Positions 54,300-64,000 of a stretch of 64,000 bases of DNA are shown piece by piece. The stretch covers positions 1 to 64,000 of the IMG/VR virus record IMGVR_UViG_3300007735_000804. One strand, given 5' to 3'. The notes under the pieces are model-generated. The model was not told the DNA's origin and ran no database searches. It was given only the letters and a program-made list of their open reading frames with translations. Each line of letters opens with the position of its first letter. The stretch's first letter is position 1. The position numbers and the translations under genes are program-made.

Positions 54300-54712
54300 C
54301 GGTCGTCAGCAGCGCGGTTTTCGGAGAAGTAAACATCAAAAGCACCTTCAGGATAACGCTTGAGAAGTTTTTGCACATTACGAGCAACCACATCATCAAG
54401 TGTGGTATCAAGTGCCATACAAGCTTGGGCAACATACCACATAATGTCACCCAACTCAATAATCAGATGCTCACGATTATCTTCATTGAAGGGTTTACCT
54501 TGAAAGATCATTTTCTTAATGATTTCAAGAAATTCACCACCTTCAGCATTAATCCCAACACCAGCAGTCAGAAGACGTTCAATGTTTGCACCCTTTTCAT
54601 CCAGTTGAACTAGACGGTCAGATAGAGCAAGGAAGTCTTTTGATGCTTCGGACGTTACAGCATCAACAAACTCAACATACTTATCAAAATTAACATGTTT
54701 AGCAGTTTCCAT
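54296..54712 (-). CDS. mazG: MazG nucleotide pyrophosphohydrolase
   Basis: EGGEFLEIIKK, ELGDIMWY, KLLKRYP. Confidence 0.93.
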   Translation of the reverse strand: METAKHVNFDKYVEFVDAVTSEASKDFLALSDRLVQLDEKGANIERLLTAGVGINAEGGEFLEIIKKMIFQGKPFNEDNREHLIIELGDIMWYVAQACMALDTTLDDVVARNVQKLLKRYPEGAFDVYFSENRAADDR

Positions 54713-56088
54713 TAAAATTTAAATCCTTCAAACGACTTTTTAGGTTTCCTGTCCTCATCATTATACTCGTCATCTTGTCCAGAGTCAAGTATATCTTTTT
54801 GAGCAGTCTGTTCACAATCATACAATCTCATCTTTGCCCGGTCAATACCCACAATAAAACGCTTGTAGATAGTAGGGTCATTATATCGGTTCTTCAGTTG
54901 TTTCACCATAATTTGCCCAAGTGCCTCCAACTCTTCAGTGCTAATAAGGGCAAACATAAGGTCAGCAGTAGCAGGGAGACCAAAGGACTCGCTAGTATCA
55001 GTAAGTTCAACATCGCTATTGCCATAACCTGAACGAGTGGTCTGAGTAGCGGAGACAATTGGGACATTAAACTCCACTGCGAGTCCTCTAAGTTCTTCTG
55101 CAATTGCTTTAATATATGAATAAGAATTGACAGAGAGATTTGACTTATACCTGCTGGAAGCACAAATATTAAGGTAATCAATGAAAATAATATCAGGTCT
55201 AAATGACTTCTTAAGTGCAAGTTCATTAAGAAGTGCTTTAAAGTGTCCACTATGCGCTGATGCAGTGGGATACTCCTTAATTATAAGAGATCCTTGAGTT
55301 TTCTTTGAGATGTTTGTAACTTTATTTTCAAACATTTGGCGTGGCAAATCAACCAGTTGCTGAATCGGAACATTGAGAAGGTTTGCATCAATTCTTTCTG
55401 CAATTCGTTCCTCCGCCATTTCAAGAGTGATATAGAGCACGGACCTGCCCTGTAGCAAGACGGAGCTAGCCAGATGACACATAAACAGCGATTTCCCAAC
55501 ACCCGTTCCAGCGAGAGCAATATTGAGAGTCTTGTTAGGAAGACCACCTTTCGTGATTTTGTTGAAATATTCCAGGTCAAACTCGATTTTATCTTCCTTA
55601 CGGTGGTAAAATTCATATCGCTCCTCATAGTTTTGAAGATAATCGTGTCCGATATTGTTATCAAAACTTACAGCAAGAGCATCTGATAGAATGCTTGGAA
55701 TTGCATCACGACTCTTATCTTTGTTATTCCCGTCAGCAATATGGATTGACTCCATAAGTGCCAAATAGATAGCACGGTCACGACACCACTTTTCAGTGGT
55801 ATCAAGCAACCATTGTTTTTCTACAGGAGAATCATTCAGAGAATTATTGATTTGTCTGATATCCTTGATTTCTGTTTCGTTTAGGTCAGTTCTATTCTCT
55901 ATCTCGATATTGAGTGCTTCAATGGTGATTGCTGAACCATACTTGACAATAAATTGAACAACCTCCTCAAAAATGACCTTCTCCGCCTTTTGCTCAAAAT
56001 AATCTGGTTGTATGAAAGGAATAACTTTCCGCGAATAGTCTTCATTAAAAATTAGATTCCGTAAAATAGTGTGTTCAAGTCTTTCCAT
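54712..56088 (-). CDS. Replicative helicase, T4 gp41
   Basis: AGTGVGKS, IFIDYLN, SATQTTR. Confidence 0.96.
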   Translation of the reverse strand: MERLEHTILRNLIFNEDYSRKVIPFIQPDYFEQKAEKVIFEEVVQFIVKYGSAITIEALNIEIENRTDLNETEIKDIRQINNSLNDSPVEKQWLLDTTEKWCRDRAIYLALMESIHIADGNNKDKSRDAIPSILSDALAVSFDNNIGHDYLQNYEERYEFYHRKEDKIEFDLEYFNKITKGGLPNKTLNIALAGTGVGKSLFMCHLASSVLLQGRSVLYITLEMAEERIAERIDANLLNVPIQQLVDLPRQMFENKVTNISKKTQGSLIIKEYPTASAHSGHFKALLNELALKKSFRPDIIFIDYLNICASSRYKSNLSVNSYSYIKAIAEELRGLAVEFNVPIVSATQTTRSGYGNSDVELTDTSESFGLPATADLMFALISTEELEALGQIMVKQLKNRYNDPTIYKRFIVGIDRAKMRLYDCEQTAQKDILDSGQDDEYNDEDRKPKKSFEGFKF

Positions 56089-56645
56089 TACTTATAATGC
56101 AAGTAGGCACTCATAATATACTTTGGACCACTGATTGGAGGTTCACCTTTGTGAGGGAACATCCAAAGTGGTGGGAATATCAATAGTGTTCCTTTTTTAG
56201 GTTGAACAGATAAGTCTTTAAAGATAGTTTCCCCACCAGATTCAACATCATTCAAATACCACATAAAAGATAAAAATCTCCTTGCCGATTCATGATCAAC
56301 AACATCAACATGTGTATCAAAACGATCTTCACCACCAGGATTATACTTCTTTATACGAAATTGTTCAAATGCATTTTCTTCTGGAAAAACTCTCCTGTCA
56401 GTAAATTCATAATACTGATCACGATATTCAAATATTTTTTTAATAATACAATTATGAACTTGATTAACTTCTGGTGCAAGTTCTCGATATTCTGTTAAAT
56501 TAAATTGAGTAAAATTAGGTTTTCCTTCATTGTCATGACGCTCGTGTTTATCTGAAACTTGCTCAAATAAAGAAATTAAAAAATCACAAATATCAGACTC
56601 TAAAGCGTTCTCGTAAACATGAATGAAGTCATTAAGTTCAACCAT
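56088..56645 (-). CDS. 2OG-Fe(II) oxygenase
   Basis: HVD, YLNDVESGGET, FPHKG...KY. Confidence 0.9.
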   Translation of the reverse strand: MVELNDFIHVYENALESDICDFLISLFEQVSDKHERHDNEGKPNFTQFNLTEYRELAPEVNQVHNCIIKKIFEYRDQYYEFTDRRVFPEENAFEQFRIKKYNPGGEDRFDTHVDVVDHESARRFLSFMWYLNDVESGGETIFKDLSVQPKKGTLLIFPPLWMFPHKGEPPISGPKYIMSAYLHYK

Positions 56646-57639
56646 AACTGAATTCTTCTTTGGCAATTGCATCAAGTTGTTGCATTACCTCTTCGGTAAA
56701 ATACTGATCTGGATTCTTTAGAATTTCTTTGGCGTAAATTTTCTTACCATCCATCTCATAACGGCCCGCAACATTTTTCCAGAGTCCGCCGAGTTCCCCG
56801 AGTTCCAGAAGACCATAATAGCGATCAAGACCGCGCTCATCATAAAATAGACGGATTTCAACGTCTTTATTCTCCTTACTCAAACGCGATTTAGCAGTCT
56901 TAGCCTTAATAATATTGCCGACCACTTCCGTTCCATCCTTTTCTTTCTTTTTGCTGAGATAGATGATCGTAGACGCTGCGTACTTGAGTCCAGAACCTCC
57001 TCCCATCTCTTTCGTTGGTACATAAGCTCCGATGACATCGTATGTATGATTTGTGACAATGAGCGGGACATTTGCTTGACCTAGTTTAAGTGTGAGCATT
57101 CGAAATGCACCTTTGACCAATTGCGATTTAGTCATATCACGAACTTGCTTATCATTTAGTGCATCAGTAATTTCTTTCTCGGTAGAAAGCATACCCAGAG
57201 AGTCTAACACAAACATACAAGGTTTGCGTTCTCCTTCAGGTTTTTTTAAGTATAGGTCTACTGCCTTGAGTGCTTTACTACGAAACTCTTCTATGGTGAC
57301 AACATTAACCACGACAAGACGAGATGTGTCGATGCCGCGTGATTCCAGGAGTGACTTTGTAATGGCAGCCTCAGTATCAAAGTAGAGACAATAACCATCG
57401 GGGTGAGTATCAAGAAAATTCTTAACCACAGCGAGAGAGAAGAAAGTTTTTCCAGTAGAAGACTCTCCAGCAATAGCAGTAATCTTATTCCCAGATACAC
57501 CACCAAATATGCTACCTGAAACCAGTGCATTAAAAATGTACGAACCCGTATCAACATACTTTTCAGTTTCATCAATATCAGAAGCAAGTTGTGTATACTC
57601 ACCACCAATTTCTTTTACAATATCTTTAAGAAAATCCAT
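56638..57639 (-). CDS. uvsX: RecA-like recombinase
   Basis: GESSTGKT, LDSLG, MGGGSGLKY. Confidence 0.95.
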   Translation of the reverse strand: MDFLKDIVKEIGGEYTQLASDIDETEKYVDTGSYIFNALVSGSIFGGVSGNKITAIAGESSTGKTFFSLAVVKNFLDTHPDGYCLYFDTEAAITKSLLESRGIDTSRLVVVNVVTIEEFRSKALKAVDLYLKKPEGERKPCMFVLDSLGMLSTEKEITDALNDKQVRDMTKSQLVKGAFRMLTLKLGQANVPLIVTNHTYDVIGAYVPTKEMGGGSGLKYAASTIIYLSKKKEKDGTEVVGNIIKAKTAKSRLSKENKDVEIRLFYDERGLDRYYGLLELGELGGLWKNVAGRYEMDGKKIYAKEILKNPDQYFTEEVMQQLDAIAKEEFSYG

Positions 57640-60140
57640 CAGGTAAAAAATAGTTCAAGGTTTACAGTTTTTTCCACATTCCATCCAATTGAATCGAGAA
57701 TAGATTTTAATGGTTCCACAAAACTCTTCTCAAATTGTAAGTCATAATCAATATATTTGTCAAGACCAAGTTCTTTTGGAAAATCTTGAATGAATGAAAT
57801 AATATTTTCTTGAATGATATTTGGTTTTTTCAAATACACAAATTTAATTTTTTCACCATTAGCAATTAACGAATATTTATTAGTCAATTTCTTCTCCTTT
57901 ATATAATGATTAAACAAAAGTGCTCCACGAATATGAATGGGAGTTTTGTGGGCATAAATTGTTGATGATGCTGCATATTTTCGAACATCAGAAGCCGTTC
58001 GTGGGAAAGCAATTTGTTCTGGAGGCAGAGATTTAAACTCTTCACGACATTTATCAATGAAATTAATTACATCTTCTTCAGTTCCACTCATCATCAACTT
58101 TAAACCATCTTTAATCATTTTGCGACAAGGTGCTGGAGTTGATGACTTGACTGCCTCAATGCCCATCATTTTCAGTTTGGGTTCTTCATAACGAACACCT
58201 TCACTGTCCCACACATTCAAAATGTAACGCTTCTTGGCAGTCCAGATTCCACGTTCGGCAATGTTCTCACGCTTCATCTGCATCTTTTGGTCATATGCGT
58301 TCACATAGTCAGCCAGTTCTTTGTAGCAACCTTCAATATACTTTTCAAGTTCCACTTGACAGACCTTATCAAGGAACGAAACAATGCCTTCAGTAGTTTT
58401 CTCTCTTCCCGCGAATACACATTCAACCAAAGGACCCATATTAAGGTAAATAGAATCAGTATCTGAAGCAATAACATAATCAACCTCACTAGTCTTTAAG
58501 AGTTTGTTGAGATAGGCATTCATCTTGTTCTCAATCCAACGGATTGAAACTTGACCAGACAAGGTGATTGCCTCAGCATTTGCTAGTTTGTAATAACGAA
58601 AATACTGATTGCCGATAGCACCATAAGCAGAGTTAAGTTGAATCTTCCTTGCCATTTGGATGTTGTTGCATCGAGCAATCTCTTTAATTAATTCCTTATT
58701 TTTTGTCTTTTCATATTCTTGCTTTGCAGCAAGCATCTTCTTTTTGTAAATGGTGCGGTCCTGATAGATCTTCTCCATCAGTTCAGGCAAGAACCCACGC
58801 ACATCCTTGCGGAACATTGCCCCATTAGCACAAACTGCTTTATCTTTATACAGTTCAAATGTAATGTCCTGGTTCAGGATCTTATCAACAGTTACAGTTG
58901 GGTGCTTCTCATCCAGAAGAGTTTCTGGAGAAATATTATATTGCATAATGAGGTGAGGATATAGCGAGTTGAGGTCAAAAGACACAACCCAATCATACTT
59001 CCCTGGAATCGGTTCCTTAACATAAGCACCTGCATACTTGGAATCCTTATCAGAACGCTCTTTGGGAGGAATAACAATGTTTCTCTTTTTCAGATAGTTG
59101 TAAATAATCGTATCCCACATCCGAACTTGAGAGAACACATCAGCATAATTTGCCTTTGCGTCATATGCCATTGTGATTGCAAGTTCAATCAATTTCATCT
59201 TGTCTTCCAAACGGTCAACAAGTTCTACGTCAATGATGTTGTATTCTACAAACTTCTGCCAACCTTTAGTGTAAAAGTCTTTAAAGGTATCAAATTCAGA
59301 GTGGTCTAATTTTTTTGAATCAAGTTCTACGCTTGCAATATAATCAAGACGATATGATTCTTGTGCTTTATATGTAAATTTCTTATATAGATTCAAATAA
59401 TCAAGTTGAGTAATGCCACCCACATCATAAGAAATATGTTTACGACCAGCAATATAAATCTCACTTTCAGTAACAAGACCCCAGGGAGAAAAACGCTTCA
59501 TCAGTTTTTCACCTAAAACGCGATCCAAACGCCGAACGATATATGGAATATCATACAATTCAATATTCCATCCAGTTAAAACTTCTGGAGTATTATCCTC
59601 GACCATCCACCAATTAATAAAGTCATTCAATAAATCTCTTTCATTATCAAATCCTCTATAAATCACATTTGATTGATTATTATCAAACTTACCCATACCC
59701 CAGGTGCGGATTTGTTTAGAACTATAATCCTGAATAGTAATTAACAAAATTTCTTCAGAAGCTGATTCTACGTCGGGAAATCCATTCTCAGAGGCAACTT
59801 CAATATCAAGAGTAGTAACTTTAATTTTACCAATATCAAACTTCATCTCATCATTGGGGTACGTTTCTGAAATGTATTGATAAATGTATGCGGTATTTCC
59901 ATAGATTTTAAAATTTTCTACGCCCTCATATTTCTTAATAAATTCACGACATTCCCGAATAGATCCAGGTTGAACTGACTCAACATACTCACCATTTAGA
60001 GTTTGATATTTAGTTTTTTTATTTGCAGGGACAAAAAGAGTCGGGTTAAACTTCTCACGAGTCATGAAGTGTTTTCCATCTTCATAACCACGAACCAAGA
60101 AGTGGTCCCCGACCATCTGGACATTTGTGTAAAATCTCAT
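57639..60140 (-). CDS. Family B DNA polymerase, T4 gp43
   Basis: DIEV exonuclease motif, SFDLNSLYP, KIQLNSAYG, SDTDS. Confidence 0.97.
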   Translation of the reverse strand: MRFYTNVQMVGDHFLVRGYEDGKHFMTREKFNPTLFVPANKKTKYQTLNGEYVESVQPGSIRECREFIKKYEGVENFKIYGNTAYIYQYISETYPNDEMKFDIGKIKVTTLDIEVASENGFPDVESASEEILLITIQDYSSKQIRTWGMGKFDNNQSNVIYRGFDNERDLLNDFINWWMVEDNTPEVLTGWNIELYDIPYIVRRLDRVLGEKLMKRFSPWGLVTESEIYIAGRKHISYDVGGITQLDYLNLYKKFTYKAQESYRLDYIASVELDSKKLDHSEFDTFKDFYTKGWQKFVEYNIIDVELVDRLEDKMKLIELAITMAYDAKANYADVFSQVRMWDTIIYNYLKKRNIVIPPKERSDKDSKYAGAYVKEPIPGKYDWVVSFDLNSLYPHLIMQYNISPETLLDEKHPTVTVDKILNQDITFELYKDKAVCANGAMFRKDVRGFLPELMEKIYQDRTIYKKKMLAAKQEYEKTKNKELIKEIARCNNIQMARKIQLNSAYGAIGNQYFRYYKLANAEAITLSGQVSIRWIENKMNAYLNKLLKTSEVDYVIASDTDSIYLNMGPLVECVFAGREKTTEGIVSFLDKVCQVELEKYIEGCYKELADYVNAYDQKMQMKRENIAERGIWTAKKRYILNVWDSEGVRYEEPKLKMMGIEAVKSSTPAPCRKMIKDGLKLMMSGTEEDVINFIDKCREEFKSLPPEQIAFPRTASDVRKYAASSTIYAHKTPIHIRGALLFNHYIKEKKLTNKYSLIANGEKIKFVYLKKPNIIQENIISFIQDFPKELGLDKYIDYDLQFEKSFVEPLKSILDSIGWNVEKTVNLELFFT

Positions 60141-60394
60141 TATGCAGTTAATTCAAGATACTTTTCAACAATTTCTTTTTTTGGATCTACAATCGTAAGA
60201 ATACTGTCAGAGTGAATCATCATCTCTGTCTGGTCAGTTACATCTGGCCAAGGAGTTAAATTACCTTCAGCATCAATACGGTGTGGATTAATTAATTTGC
60301 AATCAGGTTCTCCAAGTTCAGAACCAACTTCAATAATTTCTGTGACAATTACGTTATCAACTTTCAGTAAAAGACACTTGACTGTTTTGTCCAT
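60140..60394 (-). CDS. Hypothetical cyanophage protein
   Basis: 84-aa gene immediately upstream of gp43. Confidence 0.7.
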   Translation of the reverse strand: MDKTVKCLLLKVDNVIVTEIIEVGSELGEPDCKLINPHRIDAEGNLTPWPDVTDQTEMMIHSDSILTIVDPKKEIVEKYLELTA

Positions 60395-60689
60395 TTACTT
60401 TCTCCTCATACATTTTTTTAATAGTTTGAATTGGTTCCACAATCGTAATGATCCAATCAGGTGGAACTGGAATCTGGGTGTCGCTAGTAAGAACAATCCA
60501 TGGAGATAAAGACACTTCTAAATCTCCATGAGGACTTTCATTTTCTTCCACGAGCAAAATTGTTTTACGAGTTTCTACTTTATGTGGATTTGTAAATAGA
60601 TATCCACATACTTTATCATCAGAAATCAGTTCTTTGGCATCAGAAATGATTGTTTCACCAGATTTCAATAATGCTAACTTAATTGACAT
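60357..60689 (-). CDS. Hypothetical cyanophage protein
   Basis: Start MSIKLALLKSGE. Confidence 0.7.
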   Translation of the reverse strand: MSIKLALLKSGETIISDAKELISDDKVCGYLFTNPHKVETRKTILLVEENESPHGDLEVSLSPWIVLTSDTQIPVPPDWIITIVEPIQTIKKMYEEKVNGQNSQVSFTES

Positions 60690-60711
60690 TTTTTCTAATA
60701 TTCCTCCATAT

Positions 60712-60763
60712 ATTATACCAAGAAAAATGGGAGGCGTCAACTGGATTTTGCCAGTTGCCTCCC
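60712..60763 (-). promoter_or_regulatory. Early promoter within a terminator hairpin
   Basis: GGGAGGC..AACTGG/CCAGTT..GCCTCCC; TTGACG-17-TATAAT. Confidence 0.75.
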
Positions 60764-60786
60764 GCGCCGACGATATTCGAAACTAT

Positions 60787-60948
60787 TTATTCCTCTTCAC
60801 AACCCTTTCCACCACCACCTGGATTAAATGGAACTGCTTTTCCAGCAGGAACATTTTGAACTTTTCCGTGCATATAAACCTTATGTGGCTTTGCCATAGG
60901 ATATTTGATGGTTTTTATTTCACTTAAAAACTGCTGGAAGGTCTTCAT
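60787..60948 (-). CDS. 53-aa protein with a T4 capsid-targeting-like N-terminus (not in ORF track)
   Basis: MKTFQQFLSEIKTIKYPM...; CTAAATA late-like promoter. Confidence 0.6.
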   Translation of the reverse strand: MKTFQQFLSEIKTIKYPMAKPHKVYMHGKVQNVPAGKAVPFNPGGGGKGCEEE

Positions 60949-60965
60949 TTAAGTTTTTCTTTTAT

Positions 60966-61400
60966 TTAGAGATAGTCCTTCCTTTGATGGTGATCGGGAA
61001 CAATCTTTCCAAGTTTCACAGTTAGCAGTCCATCCTCAAATACCACTTCCCGTACTTCCGTGTCGTCGGATAATGTCCACGCTCTCTTGAAAGATCGTTG
61101 AGCCAGTCCCTTATGGACGTAGTTGGTATCAGATTCTCTGTCTTCCTTCTGCCCTTCGACAAAAAGTTTTCCATACTCTGTGTATACATAAACTTCTCCT
61201 TTCTTAAATCCAGCAAGTGCAAGTTCTAAACGTGATTCTACGTTACTGATTTGAACAAGATTGTAAGGGGGATAATTAGAAGTAGTTTCGTGGAGATTGA
61301 ATAAACGATCAAAATATTCGTCCATTCCAATGCTGTGACGAGTAATCCTATCCATCAAGGCAGGAAGATCCGCAGCAGTATACCTTGTGAGGTTAGTCAT
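60966..61400 (-). CDS. Small heat-shock protein Hsp20
   Basis: YPPYN, ALAGF, GLAQRSF, DGLL. Confidence 0.93.
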   Translation of the reverse strand: MTNLTRYTAADLPALMDRITRHSIGMDEYFDRLFNLHETTSNYPPYNLVQISNVESRLELALAGFKKGEVYVYTEYGKLFVEGQKEDRESDTNYVHKGLAQRSFKRAWTLSDDTEVREVVFEDGLLTVKLGKIVPDHHQRKDYL

Positions 61401-61508
61401 TATAGTAGCTCCTTTAAAAGCGAGTTTGTGTTTTGTGGACCCAGAAGGCGTCCTTACTATTATATAGTTAAAAACAATAAAAAAGGGAGTGTTGAACTCC
61501 CCACTTTT

Positions 61509-61949
61509 TTATTCGGCATCCTCTACCTTTTTCTTCTTCGCACCAATATTATACTTGGTTTCCAGAATCCAATCACCCTTGTCCTTATAAGCAAGAACTT
61601 TAATTTGGTTCAGGGGAGCGATATCTTGGATTTTATTCAGGTCTATAATCTCAATTAAACCCCAATCGGCAAGAAGTTGGGCGATACGATTGCGACGTTG
61701 TACATCATTCACAGTTAGATTTGCGTGTTTGCCGTCCAGAGCAAACAGTTCCTTAAAGTGAACGAGGTAATATCTACCTTGTTTGTGTAGAATATGGCAA
61801 GACTGATAGATTTTCTTTTCCTTTCTTGAAGCAACTCCGATACGGGTCAAAGTCTCACGAACCTTCAAAAAGTCATCGGGTTCGTTAAGAATCACTTCCA
61901 CCATTTGGTCGGGCGTCCACTTCACTTCAGGTTCTTGAACGACACTCAT
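61509..61949 (-). CDS. regA: Translational repressor RegA
   Basis: FLKVRETLTRIG, CHILHKQG, HFKELF. Confidence 0.95.
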   Translation of the reverse strand: MSVVQEPEVKWTPDQMVEVILNEPDDFLKVRETLTRIGVASRKEKKIYQSCHILHKQGRYYLVHFKELFALDGKHANLTVNDVQRRNRIAQLLADWGLIEIIDLNKIQDIAPLNQIKVLAYKDKGDWILETKYNIGAKKKKVEDAE

Positions 61950-62326
61950 TTTGTTCCTCCAGTTTCAAATTTCGATTTAATAAAAGTAAGTTGTTCTTTA
62001 GTAAGAATCCTCAAAGCTTGTTTTGCCTTCTCATTACTATAACCATAATAACGCTTAACATAATCAAGGTCTTTGATTTTATCTTGTCGGAGCCAGGGAG
62101 AAAATCTCTTCTTTTTCCTCAGACTATTTATAAAAAAGTCATACTGGAGTTTTTTTGGAAGAAAATGATATTGATTCATTTCATTCGCAAACAAAACGCA
62201 ATCAAGATGACCTGATAGACAACGATTGATAATATAAGGAGCATATTCCTTCTCAAGTGAAGGGTCTTCATCAATCAAATGTTTCTTCGTTTGATTGATC
62301 GAATTTAACCAGTCCTTCAATTCCAT
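61946..62326 (-). CDS. Clamp-loader small subunit, gp62
   Basis: Start MELKDWLNSIN; YIINRCLS, YYGYS. Confidence 0.9.
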   Translation of the reverse strand: MELKDWLNSINQTKKHLIDEDPSLEKEYAPYIINRCLSGHLDCVLFANEMNQYHFLPKKLQYDFFINSLRKKKRFSPWLRQDKIKDLDYVKRYYGYSNEKAKQALRILTKEQLTFIKSKFETGGTK

Positions 62327-63143
62327 AATTAAATAACAGTAGTTCTTTACGTTGTTTTTGCTCTCGCATATATTCACCAACCGAACGCATCGTATAAGTC
62401 AAATCAAACTCTGCGGCATTCCAGTTTTTGAACCTATCCTTTACAAGTTGATCAGAATTATAACTTACCAACTGGTCCATATCATTAGAATCGCAGTCAG
62501 AAGCAAACTTATCGTGATCAAATCCTTTGTGCATTGATCCCTTACGCCCATAGAGATTATCCTTAATGTCATAAGGAGGATCGAGATACATAAAAGCACC
62601 TTTATTTCCATCCATCAGATAATCGTAGGAATAATTAGTTATACGCCAATGTGCAATTAATTCAGAATACGCAGGCAGTTTTTGGATCCCTCGCAAACTG
62701 AAGTTGGCATTGGAGGCTTGTTCAGAAAATGAGGAGCTCTCTGTGAGACCACTGAAAGAACACTTATTGACAACATAAAAAGCCACAGCACGATCAAAAT
62801 TTGACACGGTTTTGTCATTGATCCGTTCCTTCGATTGGAGAAAGAGTTCTTTCGCTTTGTCTGGGGTAATATTTGCCTGCTTTAAATCAACTAGTTCGCT
62901 TTTCAAATCATACCCAAACATCTGAAGTTGTTGCCAAAAGTTTACAAGAGGTTCATACAAATCATTTACCCAAATATCTAGGCTGGGATATTTTTTGGTG
63001 ATATGAATCGCAACACTTCCTCCCCCAAGAAATGGTTCACGGAACTCATCATAATTGCGAAGATCTGGAAAATAAGGATCCATCTTGACGCAAGCACGGG
63101 ACTTACCGCCAGGGTAACGTAATGGGGTTTTAAGAGACTTCAT
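62271..63143 (-). CDS. dam: D12-class DNA adenine methyltransferase
   Basis: LRYPGGKS, EPFLGGGS, DPPY. Confidence 0.9.
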   Translation of the reverse strand: MKSLKTPLRYPGGKSRACVKMDPYFPDLRNYDEFREPFLGGGSVAIHITKKYPSLDIWVNDLYEPLVNFWQQLQMFGYDLKSELVDLKQANITPDKAKELFLQSKERINDKTVSNFDRAVAFYVVNKCSFSGLTESSSFSEQASNANFSLRGIQKLPAYSELIAHWRITNYSYDYLMDGNKGAFMYLDPPYDIKDNLYGRKGSMHKGFDHDKFASDCDSNDMDQLVSYNSDQLVKDRFKNWNAAEFDLTYTMRSVGEYMREQKQRKELLLFNYGIEGLVKFDQSNEETFD

Positions 63144-63339
63144 AATCTGCTGGATGATACTTCAAATATTCTCTAAAGGTGAGTTTCATTTCTTTCTGCG
63201 TCATACCACAATGCTTTGCGGCAGCAGGTATAGTCATTTTTGCACGGAAAAGTGCTTCGTTTGCTTCTTTTACATTTTCAGGAGTTGTCTTCACGGGAAC
63301 TTCGTAAAGAGATGCCTTATCAATTTTGAGCAGACTCAT
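63130..63339 (-). CDS. Small HTH-like hypothetical protein
   Basis: 69 aa between gp44 and dam. Confidence 0.6.
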   Translation of the reverse strand: MSLLKIDKASLYEVPVKTTPENVKEANEALFRAKMTIPAAAKHCGMTQKEMKLTFREYLKYHPADYEVS

Positions 63340-64000
63340 TTAAACTCACACTCCACCATAATCTCAGTCAGACAGGCAAGCATATTTATTTCTTGATCTG
63401 CTACGAACGCACTCTGATACTGATACTTAGCAAGAACAAGCACAGCAGCAGGAATACTATTGTTTTCAAGGGTGCTATAAAGAGCATCGTAAATACGGCG
63501 CAACAATAAAGTAATATCATTGTCCATATTAGCCACCACCCACTTCCGAACTTCAGGGAAGTTCTTTTCTTTAAGGTTTTGAAGAAGATCATTTACAGCA
63601 ACATCGGAGAAAGTAGCAAGAATTCCAGAATCAATTTGCCCACTTACGGAGTATCGTTGGCACTCATTGAGAACTCGCCTGAAATCGGGAAAATGTTTTG
63701 ATACCAATTCAATAAGAACTTTTTGATCATATGCAATTTTTTCATTATCTAGGATAGTTTGCAACCGTTTAAAAAAAGAACTTGCTAGTTGTGCCTTTTC
63801 TTTACCCTTTAAACTAAAATCAACAACTGCACAACGAGAATGTAATGGTTCAATTATTTTATTTTTATAATTACACGTAAAAATAAACCTACAATTGTTA
63901 TAAAACGTTTCAATATTTGCTCTTAGCAAAAGTTGAACATCATTACCTGTGTTGTCTGCCTCATCTATGATAATGATTTTATGTTTAGAGTCTGCGGTTA
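63336..64000 (-). CDS. Clamp-loader large subunit gp44 (5' end outside the window)
   Basis: IIDEAD Walker B, FIFTCN, PLHSRC, FPDFRR. Confidence 0.93.
   Translation of the reverse strand, partial: TADSKHKIIIIDEADNTGNDVQLLLRANIETFYNNCRFIFTCNYKNKIIEPLHSRCAVVDFSLKGKEKAQLASSFFKRLQTILDNEKIAYDQKVLIELVSKHFPDFRRVLNECQRYSVSGQIDSGILATFSDVAVNDLLQNLKEKNFPEVRKWVVANMDNDITLLLRRIYDALYSTLENNSIPAAVLVLAKYQYQSAFVADQEINMLACLTEIMVECEFK

Noticed and set aside
42995-60140. Inteins or introns in nrdA, nrdB, gp41 and gp43
   Set aside because: The ORFs are continuous and of normal length, with no splice motifs seen.
44330-63592. Many 60-130 aa alternate-frame and antisense ORFs within core genes
   Set aside because: They are shadows of biased codon usage, with no RBS, promoter or motif support.
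17-64000. Stop-codon reassignment
   Set aside because: Core genes translate full length with the standard code and no suppressor tRNA was seen; the single in-repeat TAA is insufficient evidence.

Overview
A 64-kb segment of a T4-like cyanomyophage genome. It is AT-rich, almost entirely minus-strand, and probably infects a freshwater Synechococcus/Cyanobium-type host (inference). From left to right it contains: (1) repeat-rich virion/tail-fibre genes; (2) an HNH gene and an LpxH-like phosphoesterase; (3) a divergent psbA split by a 207-nt group I intron, followed by an endonuclease-VII-type homing endonuclease, plus two hli genes; (4) a ~19-kb, 23-gene nucleotide-sugar/glycosyltransferase island headed by a manA-like structured RNA with an ORF inserted in it; (5) a dense array of micro-ORFs that includes an ndhP homologue and a possible ndhQ-like peptide, both missed by the ORF track; (6) tRNA genes (11 in the window) with a structured ~208-nt RNA between tRNA-Asn and tRNA-Thr, dps and a small beta-barrel OMP; (7) a lone plus-strand four-gene operon of mostly secreted proteins inside a lysis region with three wall hydrolases; (8) the T4 replication core: nrdB, nrdA, primase, mazG, gp41, uvsX, gp43, hsp20, regA, gp62, dam and partial gp44. 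All calls come from motif reading and recall; no database search was run.
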